Source: an uncultured virus (IMG/VR IMGVR_UViG_3300033571_005398) | Taxonomy: Duplodnaviria; Heunggongvirae; Uroviricota; Caudoviricetes | IMG/VR virus record: IMGVR_UViG_3300033571_005398 | Coordinates: 1-64,000 of that record | DNA length: 64,000 nucleotides | Reading direction: 5' to 3' (one strand) | In this document: positions 25,978 through 35,899 of the stretch, one piece after another | How positions within the stretch are numbered: position 1 is the stretch's first letter | Layout: each line of letters begins with the position of its first letter | The notes under the pieces: generated by a model | What the model was told of the DNA's origin: nothing | Databases searched by the model: none | Seen by the model: the letters and a program-made list of their open reading frames with translations, nothing else | Position numbers and translations under genes: made by a program

Positions 25978-26420
25978 TACTTCTTCTTTGTAACGAGTGC
26001 CCAGATAACCTTGGCCGGAAACATCCGGTCAATTTCTTCTTCGGTTACCTTGCCATCGTACATAGAAGCCATAAGCGCGTCTTCATTGATTACGCGCTTC
26101 ATCTCGTAAACCGCATCTTCGAGGCCGTGTTCAGCAATAATCTCGTCAGCAATGCTCTCATCTAGCTTTCGTTGAACTCGGCGGTTCTTTTCAATCCGAA
26201 CAACGCCGTCAATCTCTGCGTCAAACTCAATAAGGACGTTACCCTTGTCGTCTTCGTAGCCATCCTCATCAAGACGGGCAAACAAGGCTTCGCGCAGAAC
26301 CTTCTGTCGAGCCTCCATCGTCTCAATTGTAGACTTGACTTTTACGTACTCGCGCACCTGCGCTTCAAGGCTGTCAGGGTCGGTAAACCGGACCTGCTCC
26401 TCTGGAATTGCGTTAGCCAT
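25977..26420 (-). CDS. hypothetical protein
   Basis: GAGG SD; 147 aa. Confidence 0.7.
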   Translation of the reverse strand: MANAIPEEQVRFTDPDSLEAQVREYVKVKSTIETMEARQKVLREALFARLDEDGYEDDKGNVLIEFDAEIDGVVRIEKNRRVQRKLDESIADEIIAEHGLEDAVYEMKRVINEDALMASMYDGKVTEEEIDRMFPAKVIWALVTKKK

Positions 26421-26430
26421 GGATACCCTC

Positions 26431-28014
26431 CTAAATCATTTTGATACTAAGAAACTCTATCAAGCTGCCTACTGTCAGGTCAACTCCTCCTTTGGAGTTT
26501 ATACCCTTACCGTCAATAACTGCACCGGCCACGTTCTTTTTCTGCTTAAGCGTGTCGTATTGACGTTGTTCAATCGAACCCTGAATGAGAATGTCTTGAA
26601 TAGTTATTGTTTGCCAAGTGGAGGACGTTCGGTTGATTCTTCCGTTTCGTTGTACAGATAGACCTGCTGACCAAGGTTGGTCGTAATTGACCAAAAGATT
26701 GGCCTGCGGCAAGTCGACTCCATAGCCCCCTGCGTCCGAAGATACAAGAACGCGTACTTCTGCCTCAGTCTGAAATTTGACTTTGGTTGCTTCTTTTTCT
26801 TTGGCATTCATCTCTCCCGTGTAAGCAACGGCTGAATAGCCTTTGGCGTTTAGTCGATTAACTATCTGGTCAACGGAGCCAAGGTACGAAGAGAACACAA
26901 CGGCTTTGTACGTAGGGTCAATGTCTAGGTGCTCTGCTAAATATGAGACGGTGGCATCGAGTTTAGGAGATTTAGTTAACCCGTCTAACAACCCCTCTGT
27001 GCCTAGGCCATGAACATACGCGCTTCCCTTGCCATTTTGTTTGCTGAATTCCGCGTAACTGGTTGTTAGCAAGGACGCGTTGGAGCAGAGCATCCTAAGA
27101 GCGGTGATTCGTGACATTATCTTCCCGCGGTATTCATTGGCTGGGTCGCCAAAACTTCCACCCTGACCGTAGTGGTGTTCAAGACTAAACCCAGAACCAA
27201 ACAACTGGCTAACCTCCACCAACAACTCCTGTAGGTCATTGGCAATGTAGTTGTAGAGCAACTTACTGGCTCTGTCTAAAGGAACCATTAGCGGGGCTCG
27301 GTACACTGCGTCAGGAAGATACGGTGCTACGTCTGGGTCTTTCTGCGATTTCCTAACGGTTGACTCAGACAACGTTTTATGCAGCGTGGGTAAGTTGCGG
27401 TAACGCTGAACTCCGCCAAAGTGGTTACGTACAATAAACGTCTTGTCAAAGAGGTCAAACCTACCCAGAACATCGGCATCAACAAATTGCATGATGGAGA
27501 AGATTTCTTCAGGACGGCCATTCTCAATGGGAGTTCCTGTAAGTGCAAACCTAATTGGAATCTTTTTGGCGAGCTCTTTTACCTTCTTAGCTCGCTTGGC
27601 TCTAAACCCTTTGATGGCCGTGGCCTCATCGCACACAATTGCAGAAATGTCAAGTGTTTTTATGGTATCCCAGTCATTAACTACTTGCTCATAGTTCATG
27701 ATGATGTAGTCGTATTCGTAATACGAATCGTAGAACGCCTGTCTTTGCTTGGGCGTACCGTCAATGACAAGCGCAGTCGAGTCACTGAACTTCTCGATTT
27801 CAGACTTCCATTGGTACTTTAGGCTGGCCAAGCAGAGTACCAGAACAGTTGTTTTGTACACATCGTACGGTAATGTATGTACAGAAGACTCTATGGCGGC
27901 AATAGTCATTGGCGTCTTTCCGAGGCCCATCTCATACGCCACAAGCATCTTCTTCTTGTCAACCATCTCTTGTACGGCATCTACTTGGTACGGCTTTAGC
28001 GTTCCCTTAAACAT
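26431..28014 (-). CDS. SNF2-family helicase/ATPase
   Basis: MGLGKT, DEAT, LTGTPIEN, GYGVDL, QRNGRINR. Confidence 0.9.
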   Translation of the reverse strand: MFKGTLKPYQVDAVQEMVDKKKMLVAYEMGLGKTPMTIAAIESSVHTLPYDVYKTTVLVLCLASLKYQWKSEIEKFSDSTALVIDGTPKQRQAFYDSYYEYDYIIMNYEQVVNDWDTIKTLDISAIVCDEATAIKGFRAKRAKKVKELAKKIPIRFALTGTPIENGRPEEIFSIMQFVDADVLGRFDLFDKTFIVRNHFGGVQRYRNLPTLHKTLSESTVRKSQKDPDVAPYLPDAVYRAPLMVPLDRASKLLYNYIANDLQELLVEVSQLFGSGFSLEHHYGQGGSFGDPANEYRGKIMSRITALRMLCSNASLLTTSYAEFSKQNGKGSAYVHGLGTEGLLDGLTKSPKLDATVSYLAEHLDIDPTYKAVVFSSYLGSVDQIVNRLNAKGYSAVAYTGEMNAKEKEATKVKFQTEAEVRVLVSSDAGGYGVDLPQANLLVNYDQPWSAGLSVQRNGRINRTSSTWQTITIQDILIQGSIEQRQYDTLKQKKNVAGAVIDGKGINSKGGVDLTVGSLIEFLSIKMI

Positions 28015-28984
28015 AGGCGGACTCTCCCTTTAAAAAGGACTGTGAGTTCTCAACGCCCCAAGCAATCTCTTCGTTGGTCATGTCTCCCGGGTCTTTCTTG
28101 CCAGTATCTCCGTAGTTGAAGTACGACATGTTTAGTCCGTATTTCAAGGCGTACTCTTTGATTTGTGCGGAGGCGGCTTTACCCGCGGCGTCTACCTTGG
28201 GGTTATCAAAGGCAACAATAATACGAGAGGCGTTACGAATCAGCTTTATCTGGGTTTCGTTTATTGTGGCTCCGCAAATAGCAAGGGCCCCGGGGAACCC
28301 CGCGGTGTGGAACCGTAAGCAATCAAGCGGAGACTCGACCAAGTACGCCACATCGTCTCGAAGTTGGGATAACCCAAACAACGTTTTTGAACGAGGTAAC
28401 CCGGGAGGACGGTTCATAAACGTTCGCTCTTTAGTCCCCTTTTCCTGCCACCCAAGAAGGCGTCCAGTAATTGGGTCACGAAAAGGAAGTACCCAAGTTT
28501 CTCGTGAAGCATCCCACATAACTTCATACGCTGCTGCCGACTCCCAAGAAACATTTCGTTCTTCTAGCTTGTCCGGGGGTGGGGAACCGAAGACAGCAAG
28601 GCGGGCCTCCGACATCTCTGGAAGAGGAGCGTACTGCTCTACTCTGGAGGGTATCCGCTGGAAAGCTACGGCAAGTTTATCCGGAGAAATGTCCGCAATA
28701 GAGGCCAGCCAACCGTGCGCGGCAGCGATGTCGTGGTCAACGATGTCTCCCCATGACGGCAGATAGAACTGTTTTACGTCAGCGATAAGGTGGAACAAGT
28801 TACCTTTGTACTGGCAAGAGAAGCAGATGTGCTGTCCGCTGTCTAGGTTTATCCACCAAGAAGGTGAGTTGTCATCTTTACCTGTCCGAGTTTTGTGCAT
28901 GGGGCACAGGGCGTTGGCCTCCGAACCGCGAACGGTGTAGTCAAATCCCAGTTCGTCTAGAACTTGCTCTATGTCTACGCTCAC
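28007..28984 (-). CDS. DNA primase (CHC2 Zn finger + TOPRIM)
   Basis: CPMH...CFSC; VESPLD; AFDN; KDPGD. Confidence 0.85.
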   Translation of the reverse strand: MSVDIEQVLDELGFDYTVRGSEANALCPMHKTRTGKDDNSPSWWINLDSGQHICFSCQYKGNLFHLIADVKQFYLPSWGDIVDHDIAAAHGWLASIADISPDKLAVAFQRIPSRVEQYAPLPEMSEARLAVFGSPPPDKLEERNVSWESAAAYEVMWDASRETWVLPFRDPITGRLLGWQEKGTKERTFMNRPPGLPRSKTLFGLSQLRDDVAYLVESPLDCLRFHTAGFPGALAICGATINETQIKLIRNASRIIVAFDNPKVDAAGKAASAQIKEYALKYGLNMSYFNYGDTGKKDPGDMTNEEIAWGVENSQSFLKGESAYV

Positions 28985-30246
28985 GGGGTTCCTATGGTAG
29001 GTGACCAAGGAACGCAGAACTTACAGGTATTGCGCTCATCCTCATCGTGAAAGCACCCGCGTTCCCAGTCCCAAACCAAAAGGGCGTCAACCGGACCACA
29101 GTTTCGAGACTGGACTACCTTGAGGATTCGGGACATAGCGTCTTCTTCCGCAGTCGGCTCGAGGCCAAGAATTACATCGGAGTCTTGGAAAAATGACGAG
29201 GAGTACCCGATGGAGTCCGCGGTTACCTTTCCGCCCTTCATCTTCCACAGCAGAGTCTGAGTAGTAATAATCACAGGAATGTCCAACCGCTGGGCTACGC
29301 GCTTCAGACCTCGGGTGATGTTGGTCAAAGCCTGTGGTGTGTTGGCCTCACCAGTTACTTGGTCAAGCATCAGGTAGACGCCGTCTACGAAAAGGATGTC
29401 GGGCTTCAGTTGCTCTGCTTTGGCTACCAAAGAGTCAATGGTCAACCCGTTGATGGCGTCGACGAGATGAAAGGGGTGTCGCGTGGCCATTGCTTTGAGC
29501 ATGTCGCGGTAACGCTGCTCCTCCACGATGGGAAGCTTTCCTAGACGAAGATTTTTGTGAGAGATATGCGCACGCATTGCGTCATGCCGTTGAGCCTGCT
29601 CGTGGTTGTTCATCTCAAAAGATTGGAACATGGGAGTCTTACCGGCCTCGTGTACGTTGATAGCCATCTTTAAGGCAATCTGTGACTTACCAGTCTTGGG
29701 TGGAGCGATGATTGTAATCAGCTGACCGCCCTGCAACCCGGCAGTGGCGTCGTCAATCTTTGCAAACCCGGTAGGTATGCCAAGCAGTGTTTGATTCTGT
29801 ACACTCTCGTACTCTTCAAAACGAGCGTCAGGGTTTTTTGACAAGTCAATGTGGTGTGTACCAATAACGCCCTGCTCATTAATGAGCGTTACTGTTTTCG
29901 ACATCTCCAGAATGGCGGACTCGTGGTCGTTACCCTGCAACTCGTCGACCATCTTACTGACGCCGGAAAGCGTCAAGGTACGTCGACGAAACTCCACCAT
30001 CTTGTCGATAAGGTACTCAATGGTGTCCTCGACATTGAGCGCTTGAAAGTTGGGAAAGTTATCTTTGACAGAAGTGTACGTAGGAACTTCGCGGTACTTT
30101 GCATAGTGCTCGCGAGTGAACTTCCAGACACGGCGTAGGTCGTCGTCGACAATCCAGTCATCTTTAAGTCCGGCCTCTATGACAGGTATGATGTGCCGGT
30201 CTGCAATGACCTTGCTGATTAGTCGGTACTCGTTATCGTGTGCCAT
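28981..30246 (-). CDS. dnaB: DnaB-like replicative helicase
   Basis: APPKTGKS, FVDGVYLM, QDSDVILG. Confidence 0.9.
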   Translation of the reverse strand: MAHDNEYRLISKVIADRHIIPVIEAGLKDDWIVDDDLRRVWKFTREHYAKYREVPTYTSVKDNFPNFQALNVEDTIEYLIDKMVEFRRRTLTLSGVSKMVDELQGNDHESAILEMSKTVTLINEQGVIGTHHIDLSKNPDARFEEYESVQNQTLLGIPTGFAKIDDATAGLQGGQLITIIAPPKTGKSQIALKMAINVHEAGKTPMFQSFEMNNHEQAQRHDAMRAHISHKNLRLGKLPIVEEQRYRDMLKAMATRHPFHLVDAINGLTIDSLVAKAEQLKPDILFVDGVYLMLDQVTGEANTPQALTNITRGLKRVAQRLDIPVIITTQTLLWKMKGGKVTADSIGYSSSFFQDSDVILGLEPTAEEDAMSRILKVVQSRNCGPVDALLVWDWERGCFHDEDERNTCKFCVPWSPTIGTP

Positions 30247-30260
30247 GTTGTTCCCTCTTT

Positions 30261-30680
30261 TTACAAGTTCTCTAGTTCAATGCCCCAAGAACCATACCGC
30301 GCAACTCGGTCTCGAATGTCTATGACACCCTTTAGATTTGGTCGATATGGAAGTTCCCCGATGAAATCTTCAATACTGTCGTACAGTTCTGCATAGTTGA
30401 AGGGGTTAGCCCCACGGCTATCCAGCCGAGCCATCAGCTTATCGAGGTGTTCCTGTGTCCACAAGTCAGTTGCAAAAGCAGCCAGTTCTACGGACAACCC
30501 AAACTTAGCTGACTTATTCCAAAGAAACGACAATGCGGGGTTGTTTAGGCCAAGGACACGGCGAGTTAATTTGGTTGAAACAAGAAGCCGACGTTCTTCG
30601 GCAATTTCCGAAGTTACTACGGTGTCAATATTGACAATGAGGCGGGGAGGAGTCTCATTGGAGATGTCCCCATTTATCAC
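30261..30680 (-). CDS. hypothetical protein, degenerate HAD-like
   Basis: LIVNIDTVV. Confidence 0.5.
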   Translation of the reverse strand: MINGDISNETPPRLIVNIDTVVTSEIAEERRLLVSTKLTRRVLGLNNPALSFLWNKSAKFGLSVELAAFATDLWTQEHLDKLMARLDSRGANPFNYAELYDSIEDFIGELPYRPNLKGVIDIRDRVARYGSWGIELENL

Positions 30681-30985
30681 TCGATTACTTCAATCTTGGC
30701 GTTGTCAATTAAAAACTTTCGAAAGAGTTCGCGGTCTTTCATTGCCGCAATGACTTCTTCGTCGTTTACAGTCGAGGGAATCTGAATGGCGTACGTTCCG
30801 TCGTTCTCTTCAATACGGCGACGAACGTGGCGTATGTGCTTACACCGTCTACCGGTTTTGTAAAAGGAGCAACTGCAGCGCATCTTTTGGTAATCTTCTG
30901 AGTCGGCTTCAAGCTCGTACACACCGTCATCCTCAAGGAAGATTTGAATAGTGCGCCAGTCAGGCATTGAGGTTGAGCCTTTCAT
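30677..30985 (-). CDS. SWIM zinc-finger protein
   Basis: CSC...CKH. Confidence 0.75.
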   Translation of the reverse strand: MKGSTSMPDWRTIQIFLEDDGVYELEADSEDYQKMRCSCSFYKTGRRCKHIRHVRRRIEENDGTYAIQIPSTVNDEEVIAAMKDRELFRKFLIDNAKIEVIE

Positions 30986-31701
30986 CAGCGTTGGTCCTTA
31001 CCTTCTAGTGTAACGCGTCGAAAAGCTTCACGGGCAAAAGAGTGCATTGCCTCCGAATAATCTTTCTTCCATTGGGCCAAGGGCTTGTTGGTGGTGATGA
31101 TGGTGGGCATTCCCTTGTCGTATCGAGCGCGGAGAATGTCGTCGAAGGTAACCTTGTTGAACTCCGACCCATATTCCTTGCCAAGGTCATCAAGGATAAG
31201 CACGCGGACGTTTAGCCAGTCCTCCTTGGCTCGCCCGTAGAACCCGTCTAGCTCGCGCTGAAGCTCCCGCTTCTCATCAGGGTCTGCATCCCATACTGCC
31301 TTCTTCTGGTTGATGAAGTCGGGCATGGTCAAGTAGTACACTCCACGGGTGTTGAACCCACAGTCAGTAGGTGCGTAGTGAAACACTTTAGCAATGTCGG
31401 CCGGAGCGTCAGGTAACTGTCGGACAATCTCCATGATGGTTGTTACTGCGGTGGTGGTTTTACCGCGGCCCGGGTCACCTTCCAGCAGGATTCCCACACC
31501 AGTCTCGCCCAAGCCACCGGGGTTCTTGATAATCTTTCCGGCCAGCAGGTCGGACACCCAGTCCTTGACATCCGGCAGTTCTTGCCCGGTGTCTCTTTGG
31601 ATGTCTGCAAAATTGCGGCCCCAGAATCGCTCCGGTATGTTTCCGTTGCGCGCTATCCAGTAACGCTTTATTGGGACTAGCTCTCCAATTTGGTAGGTCA
31701 T
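30985..31701 (-). CDS. DnaC/IstB-like helicase loader ATPase
   Basis: GDPGRGKT, LILDDLGKE, RYD..PTIITTN. Confidence 0.85.
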   Translation of the reverse strand: MTYQIGELVPIKRYWIARNGNIPERFWGRNFADIQRDTGQELPDVKDWVSDLLAGKIIKNPGGLGETGVGILLEGDPGRGKTTTAVTTIMEIVRQLPDAPADIAKVFHYAPTDCGFNTRGVYYLTMPDFINQKKAVWDADPDEKRELQRELDGFYGRAKEDWLNVRVLILDDLGKEYGSEFNKVTFDDILRARYDKGMPTIITTNKPLAQWKKDYSEAMHSFAREAFRRVTLEGKDQR

Positions 31702-32684
31702 ACTTTCCCCTTCAGGCGCTCTTCATGCCGTTCGGCAAGCTTACGTCCAACCAGAGTATTGTCAAACCGGCGACCATCGCTGGCGAAGATGTACTCTGGC
31801 GTGTCGGAAGGCTCGTGTACTTCCATGGCAGAGCCTGTGTGACCAAGGTTTTCAAGGGCCTTTGGCAAATGGGACTTGAACATTCCGAGGTAGATGTTAG
31901 AGGCTTTGTAGGGGTCTTTATCAACGACCCGCATGATGTGGGCGTCATCGAAAAACATTTCCATAATTTCCAACTCAATGTCGGCATTCGTTCGATAATT
32001 CTTTCGATAAGACGCTAAAGCACCGCGAATCTTACCGACGTTGACCATGCCAGCGGTGTAGGGCAGCTTTCGTCCCAGCTTTTGGGAAAACTCCGTAGCC
32101 ACGTCATTCGCAGTCCATTCAGAGCGGGTCCGCTGCCCACGAGTCTTGCTGTCGCGCTTATCCGCTTTGGGCTTTGGCTGACCAGCCTCCATCTCATCTT
32201 CGAACAAACCAAATCCGGCAATGCCTTCGTCTTCCTCAGGGTTCCATCGGCCCACAACAATCTCCTCTCGAGTCGCGCCCCCGGCGCGTACCAAGAAATA
32301 CGAAGTATTTCTTGTACTGGTATTACTAGTACTTACTGGTATATCTGTACCAGCTGTCACCTCATCAGCTGTTGATGCCTCTGGTGGGAGGCATGGTACA
32401 GTCTCTGATGCCTCTGGCTGGAGGCATGGTAACAAGAACTGGTACGCGTTTTTGTGATACTTTCCAAGATTACGTTTGGTACGAGTAGTCTCCAGAAAGC
32501 CGAGTTCTTCCATCCGGCGAATGGCGCGACGAAGTGCTTCACGGCCGTAACCTGTGAGCACGCCAAGCTCTTCCATGGTGACATCTACCTTTCCGGTAGG
32601 TGTTGACAAATGGAACATACCAACCGCCACACGGAACTCCGTTGGGGTCAGCTCTGCACTGAAAAATTCAGATGGTAATTGCAT
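31698..32684 (-). CDS. replication initiator (N-terminal wHTH)
   Basis: HTH (MEELGVLTGYGREALRRAIRRMEELGFL...KNAY); upstream of DnaC/DnaB; internal iterons. Confidence 0.75.
   Translation of the reverse strand: MQLPSEFFSAELTPTEFRVAVGMFHLSTPTGKVDVTMEELGVLTGYGREALRRAIRRMEELGFLETTRTKRNLGKYHKNAYQFLLPCLQPEASETVPCLPPEASTADEVTAGTDIPVSTSNTSTRNTSYFLVRAGGATREEIVVGRWNPEEDEGIAGFGLFEDEMEAGQPKPKADKRDSKTRGQRTRSEWTANDVATEFSQKLGRKLPYTAGMVNVGKIRGALASYRKNYRTNADIELEIMEMFFDDAHIMRVVDKDPYKASNIYLGMFKSHLPKALENLGHTGSAMEVHEPSDTPEYIFASDGRRFDNTLVGRKLAERHEERLKGKV
32288..32431. repeat. putative replication origin: two palindromic iterons + AT-rich tract + hairpin
   Basis: TGATGCCTCTGG(TG/CT)GGAGGCATGGTA at 32373 and 32406; CAAGAAATAC-GAA-GTATTTCTTG at 32292-32314. 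Confidence 0.65.
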
Positions 32685-32714
32685 ATGCCTCCTCGCGGCA
32701 CTAAGCGTATACCA

Positions 32715-32990
32715 TTACTGAAGTCTGCGCGACATGACTTGCTGAATTTGTACTGGACGGTCAAGCCAACGCAGTATTGAAATGTAAATAAAGGCTGAAG
32801 CAAACCCGCCGATTACAAGTGTCCATCCAGAAACACCTAAAATCCAGCACGAAAGAACAGACAGGCCAGCGGCAATAATTCCTTTAATGCCTGCAGGAAT
32901 TGTCACGTATCCGTTTAATGCAGTTGCAATAACCTCTACAAAAAAACCGACGGCCAAACTAGAAATGAAAATGCTAATAAGTATATCCAT
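32715..32990 (-). CDS. small multi-pass membrane protein (holin-like)
   Basis: about three hydrophobic segments with a basic tail. Confidence 0.5.
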   Translation of the reverse strand: MDILISIFISSLAVGFFVEVIATALNGYVTIPAGIKGIIAAGLSVLSCWILGVSGWTLVIGGFASAFIYISILRWLDRPVQIQQVMSRRLQ

Positions 32991-32999
32991 GTAGTCAGT

Positions 33000-35375
33000 C
33001 TACGATGAAAATCCAGAAAACTCGACACCCTCTACGGTTTCAACCGTATAGGGGGTGTTTGAAGGCAAGTACATTTTCATTTCTTCAACAAGTCGTGGGA
33101 ATCTAAACGGTTTGTTGACATACAGGTAAGAGATTGCATTGTGGATGTTTGCATTGCCTCCCTCCCACTCTGCACCGCCAATGATGTAGTTGCCATCAAA
33201 GTAATCCGTAGGCAGATAACTCGGCTCTAGTTGAGCCGCATCTACGCGGATGGTTCCAGTAGTACCTACAATTCCTGCTTCTAAGGTAATGTTTGTGTAG
33301 CTACTGGGAACAAACAAAGTAACTGAATATCTTGCCCAAGAAGAAGTTATCGCGGTTGCATACGCGGCCGTAGGGTTTGCTGGGGTTTGTACGGAGTTGG
33401 CTCCGCTAGTTGCTTTTAAGTAAACGCTTGCGTTTACTGTGCTTCCGGTTGATTTGGCGTAAATAGAAAATGTGTACCATTTTCCCGCCAAAAGTGCTCC
33501 CCCGTAGCTTACTCCACCCGTTGTCGTTGTATTGATGGGGTTGCCCGAAGACAGTGTTGCTTGAAGACATTTTGTCCCACCGACAAGGCCAAGAGGACTG
33601 TCGGTTGGTCTACTAGAGCTTGTTGCTGTCCATCCCGTGCTGCTCGCTTCAAATGACGGGTTGTAGATATAGTTAACCTTATTCGCCGATACTCGAACAT
33701 TGGCTACTCGAGCCTCTTCGTAAGGGTGGTCGCAGTTTGCCGTGGCCCCACTAACGGCGGTTCCAGTAGCGGGGTTTCGTACAGTAAACCCTGTAGCTGT
33801 AGCGTCTTCTACAAATACGTTTGTTAGATTAAACGCCGCGGTAGACAACCCAGAAATAGAGACACGTTGTCCAGAAACTAAAGAGTTGGTTGACGTGTAC
33901 GTCACGATTCCCCCGCTGGCCGATGCGGCAGTCACGGTATACCGAGGAGAAAACATTACTGCGTCTAAATAATACGTTCCAGCGGATGCAAAAGACAGAC
34001 TAATAGACGCATATACAGCACCTGCCGGAGATGTTAGGTCCGTAGTTTTTTTGGCCCAGCTAGTAGTGGCGGAAACAGCAGTACTGGCTGCCGGAGTTCC
34101 TATAACCGTTCCGTTATAGTCGTACCAAGTTATGGTTGGCGTAATGTTTGCTGAGCTAGAAAGCCTTTTTGCGTAAAAAGAAAAACGGTATTTTGTAGAC
34201 GCACGTACCGGAACACCCAAAGTAGTTGGTGCAGTTACTCCATTTGAGATAACTTGGCTAGAACCTGTAGTGACTACTTTTCCGCAGTATGACCGGTCTA
34301 ACGCGTACTCACTAGACGTTGCAGCATTGGACAGGTCGCCGTCAAAATCTTCTGGAACAGGGGGCGCTTCCGCAAAGTCGGCGGTTAAAGTCACCCCTGC
34401 TCCCGCTACCCAACTACCAATTCCTCCACGAAATGTGCTGTCTTGTTGATTAGCCATGTAGTTTGTGAAGTCAATAATGGAGGCGTTATACCCCGTCATT
34501 GCCTCAATCAAAGTACCTAACGCTAGGGCAGTTCCTTTTCGAGTGTAAATATACCGAGACTCTCGCACAAGAGCGCGCTGTGTTTTAAGCGAGCCTTGAC
34601 TATCAGGCATAAGTGCAAGCTCGTAAGCTTTTGAGTCAACTATCTCTTTAGAGAAGTTTTCTGCTGTATGGTTTGGCAAAAGCAAATCTGCGTAGGTCAT
34701 CGCCTCATCGTAAGAGTAAGCCAGCCCTTGCATAAACAAGTACAGGTCGCTTCCTTCATCTACAACATCGAGCGGACTTTGACTGGCGGTTGTGTACACT
34801 CGTGGAAGCAGTTCCATCATTTTTTCATGTGTCGTACGTGTACGCGTACGTGACGTGCTGTTTAGTAATTCATCGTCGGTGTTGGCCAAAAGTGTATCGT
34901 GCGATTTAGCAAGAAGAGTTTGCGCTACACCTGCACGGTACCACAGGGTATTCCCGCCATCTGTACGAAGAATCCATGCAGCGTAGTAGATTATTCTACC
35001 CGGAGCAATGGCACGGGTGTTTATTGTAGAGAAAGGAACACTTTCACGATGGTCCGTAAAATAAACCGTCTTTGAAGCAGTCCCCTCTCTAGACACACCG
35101 TCAATAACTCGCGTAAGTCCAGAGTTAAACGGGGCTTCGACGTCTACGATGATGATGCCGTCTTCTTGTGTTTCCGGAGGATGCGTATGGCTTCTAACAA
35201 TACGGAAGCGGGTATACGGACTAGTAACAGGAACGTTTACAGGTTGCTGCCAAGAAACGACTATATTGTCGTAATTAATTGCGCGAACTTCAAAGGGCTC
35301 AATCCCATAGGTTGTTCCTGAGGTGTCTCCATAAAGAACACTCGTGTTGTATATAAATGAGTTATACCGTGCCAT
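33000..35375 (-). CDS. baseplate/tail protein with carbohydrate-binding-like domains
   Basis: LLPRVY...YTRKGTALAL (wedge gpI-like); repeated NPSFE/YTFSIYAK/VDAAQLE CBM-like motifs. Confidence 0.7.
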   Translation of the reverse strand: MARYNSFIYNTSVLYGDTSGTTYGIEPFEVRAINYDNIVVSWQQPVNVPVTSPYTRFRIVRSHTHPPETQEDGIIIVDVEAPFNSGLTRVIDGVSREGTASKTVYFTDHRESVPFSTINTRAIAPGRIIYYAAWILRTDGGNTLWYRAGVAQTLLAKSHDTLLANTDDELLNSTSRTRTRTTHEKMMELLPRVYTTASQSPLDVVDEGSDLYLFMQGLAYSYDEAMTYADLLLPNHTAENFSKEIVDSKAYELALMPDSQGSLKTQRALVRESRYIYTRKGTALALGTLIEAMTGYNASIIDFTNYMANQQDSTFRGGIGSWVAGAGVTLTADFAEAPPVPEDFDGDLSNAATSSEYALDRSYCGKVVTTGSSQVISNGVTAPTTLGVPVRASTKYRFSFYAKRLSSSANITPTITWYDYNGTVIGTPAASTAVSATTSWAKKTTDLTSPAGAVYASISLSFASAGTYYLDAVMFSPRYTVTAASASGGIVTYTSTNSLVSGQRVSISGLSTAAFNLTNVFVEDATATGFTVRNPATGTAVSGATANCDHPYEEARVANVRVSANKVNYIYNPSFEASSTGWTATSSSRPTDSPLGLVGGTKCLQATLSSGNPINTTTTGGVSYGGALLAGKWYTFSIYAKSTGSTVNASVYLKATSGANSVQTPANPTAAYATAITSSWARYSVTLFVPSSYTNITLEAGIVGTTGTIRVDAAQLEPSYLPTDYFDGNYIIGGAEWEGGNANIHNAISYLYVNKPFRFPRLVEEMKMYLPSNTPYTVETVEGVEFSGFSS

Positions 35376-35390
35376 TATGGCGTGCTCCTA

Positions 35391-35837
35391 TTAGGCAGAT
35401 GTTCCGCCATCGATGTTTTGCGTAATGAACTTGCCTTCGTGAGTAACAAGTGTCACAGGGTCTCCGGCTGAAGTTGCTTTGAGCTCCAAAAGATTAGCGG
35501 ACTGGCTAGTTGCACCGGCAATGACGAGCCCCTTGACGTTTGCGGCCGAGGCAACAATGCTTGAGCCACCTACGTTGCTGACAAGGAGTGTGTTGGCTCG
35601 AAATGCGCCATTCTCTACGTTATCTAACCGTGACTTTACGTCAGTGTGTGCGGCGTTTCCGCTCGACGTCCATGTAGTTAGCCATGTGCTTGAAGACCTC
35701 TGCCTTGGGTTAAGCCCAAGTTCAAGGCCAAGTGCAGCCGCCTCACCGTAGACAACGTTAACATCCGCCGCAACAACCGCGTCTACACCGTCTACCTTAT
35801 TGGTAAACGAAATTGGCCCAGCGGGGTAATTAGCCAC
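35391..35837 (-). CDS. minor tail protein
   Basis: MANYP...FTNKVDGVD...DVN; tail context. Confidence 0.6.
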   Translation of the reverse strand: MANYPAGPISFTNKVDGVDAVVAADVNVVYGEAAALGLELGLNPRQRSSSTWLTTWTSSGNAAHTDVKSRLDNVENGAFRANTLLVSNVGGSSIVASAANVKGLVIAGATSQSANLLELKATSAGDPVTLVTHEGKFITQNIDGGTSA

Positions 35838-35860
35838 AGTGTCTCCTTAAAGTCTTACTT

Positions 35861-35898
35861 CTATTCTGCCGGAATACCTAGGCAGATATAGGGCAAAG
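35861..35898 (-). promoter_or_regulatory. putative late promoter motif
   Basis: 27/38 ungapped identity to 57610-57647. Confidence 0.45.
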
Positions 35899-35899
35899 G

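Noticed and set aside
20185..30246. Inteins or introns in RecA, PolA, helicases or primase
   Set aside because: ORFs are of normal length and uninterrupted, with no intein splice-junction or homing-endonuclease inserts visible
32715..32990. Complete lysis cassette
   Set aside because: Only a holin-like membrane ORF; no endolysin recognisable in this window
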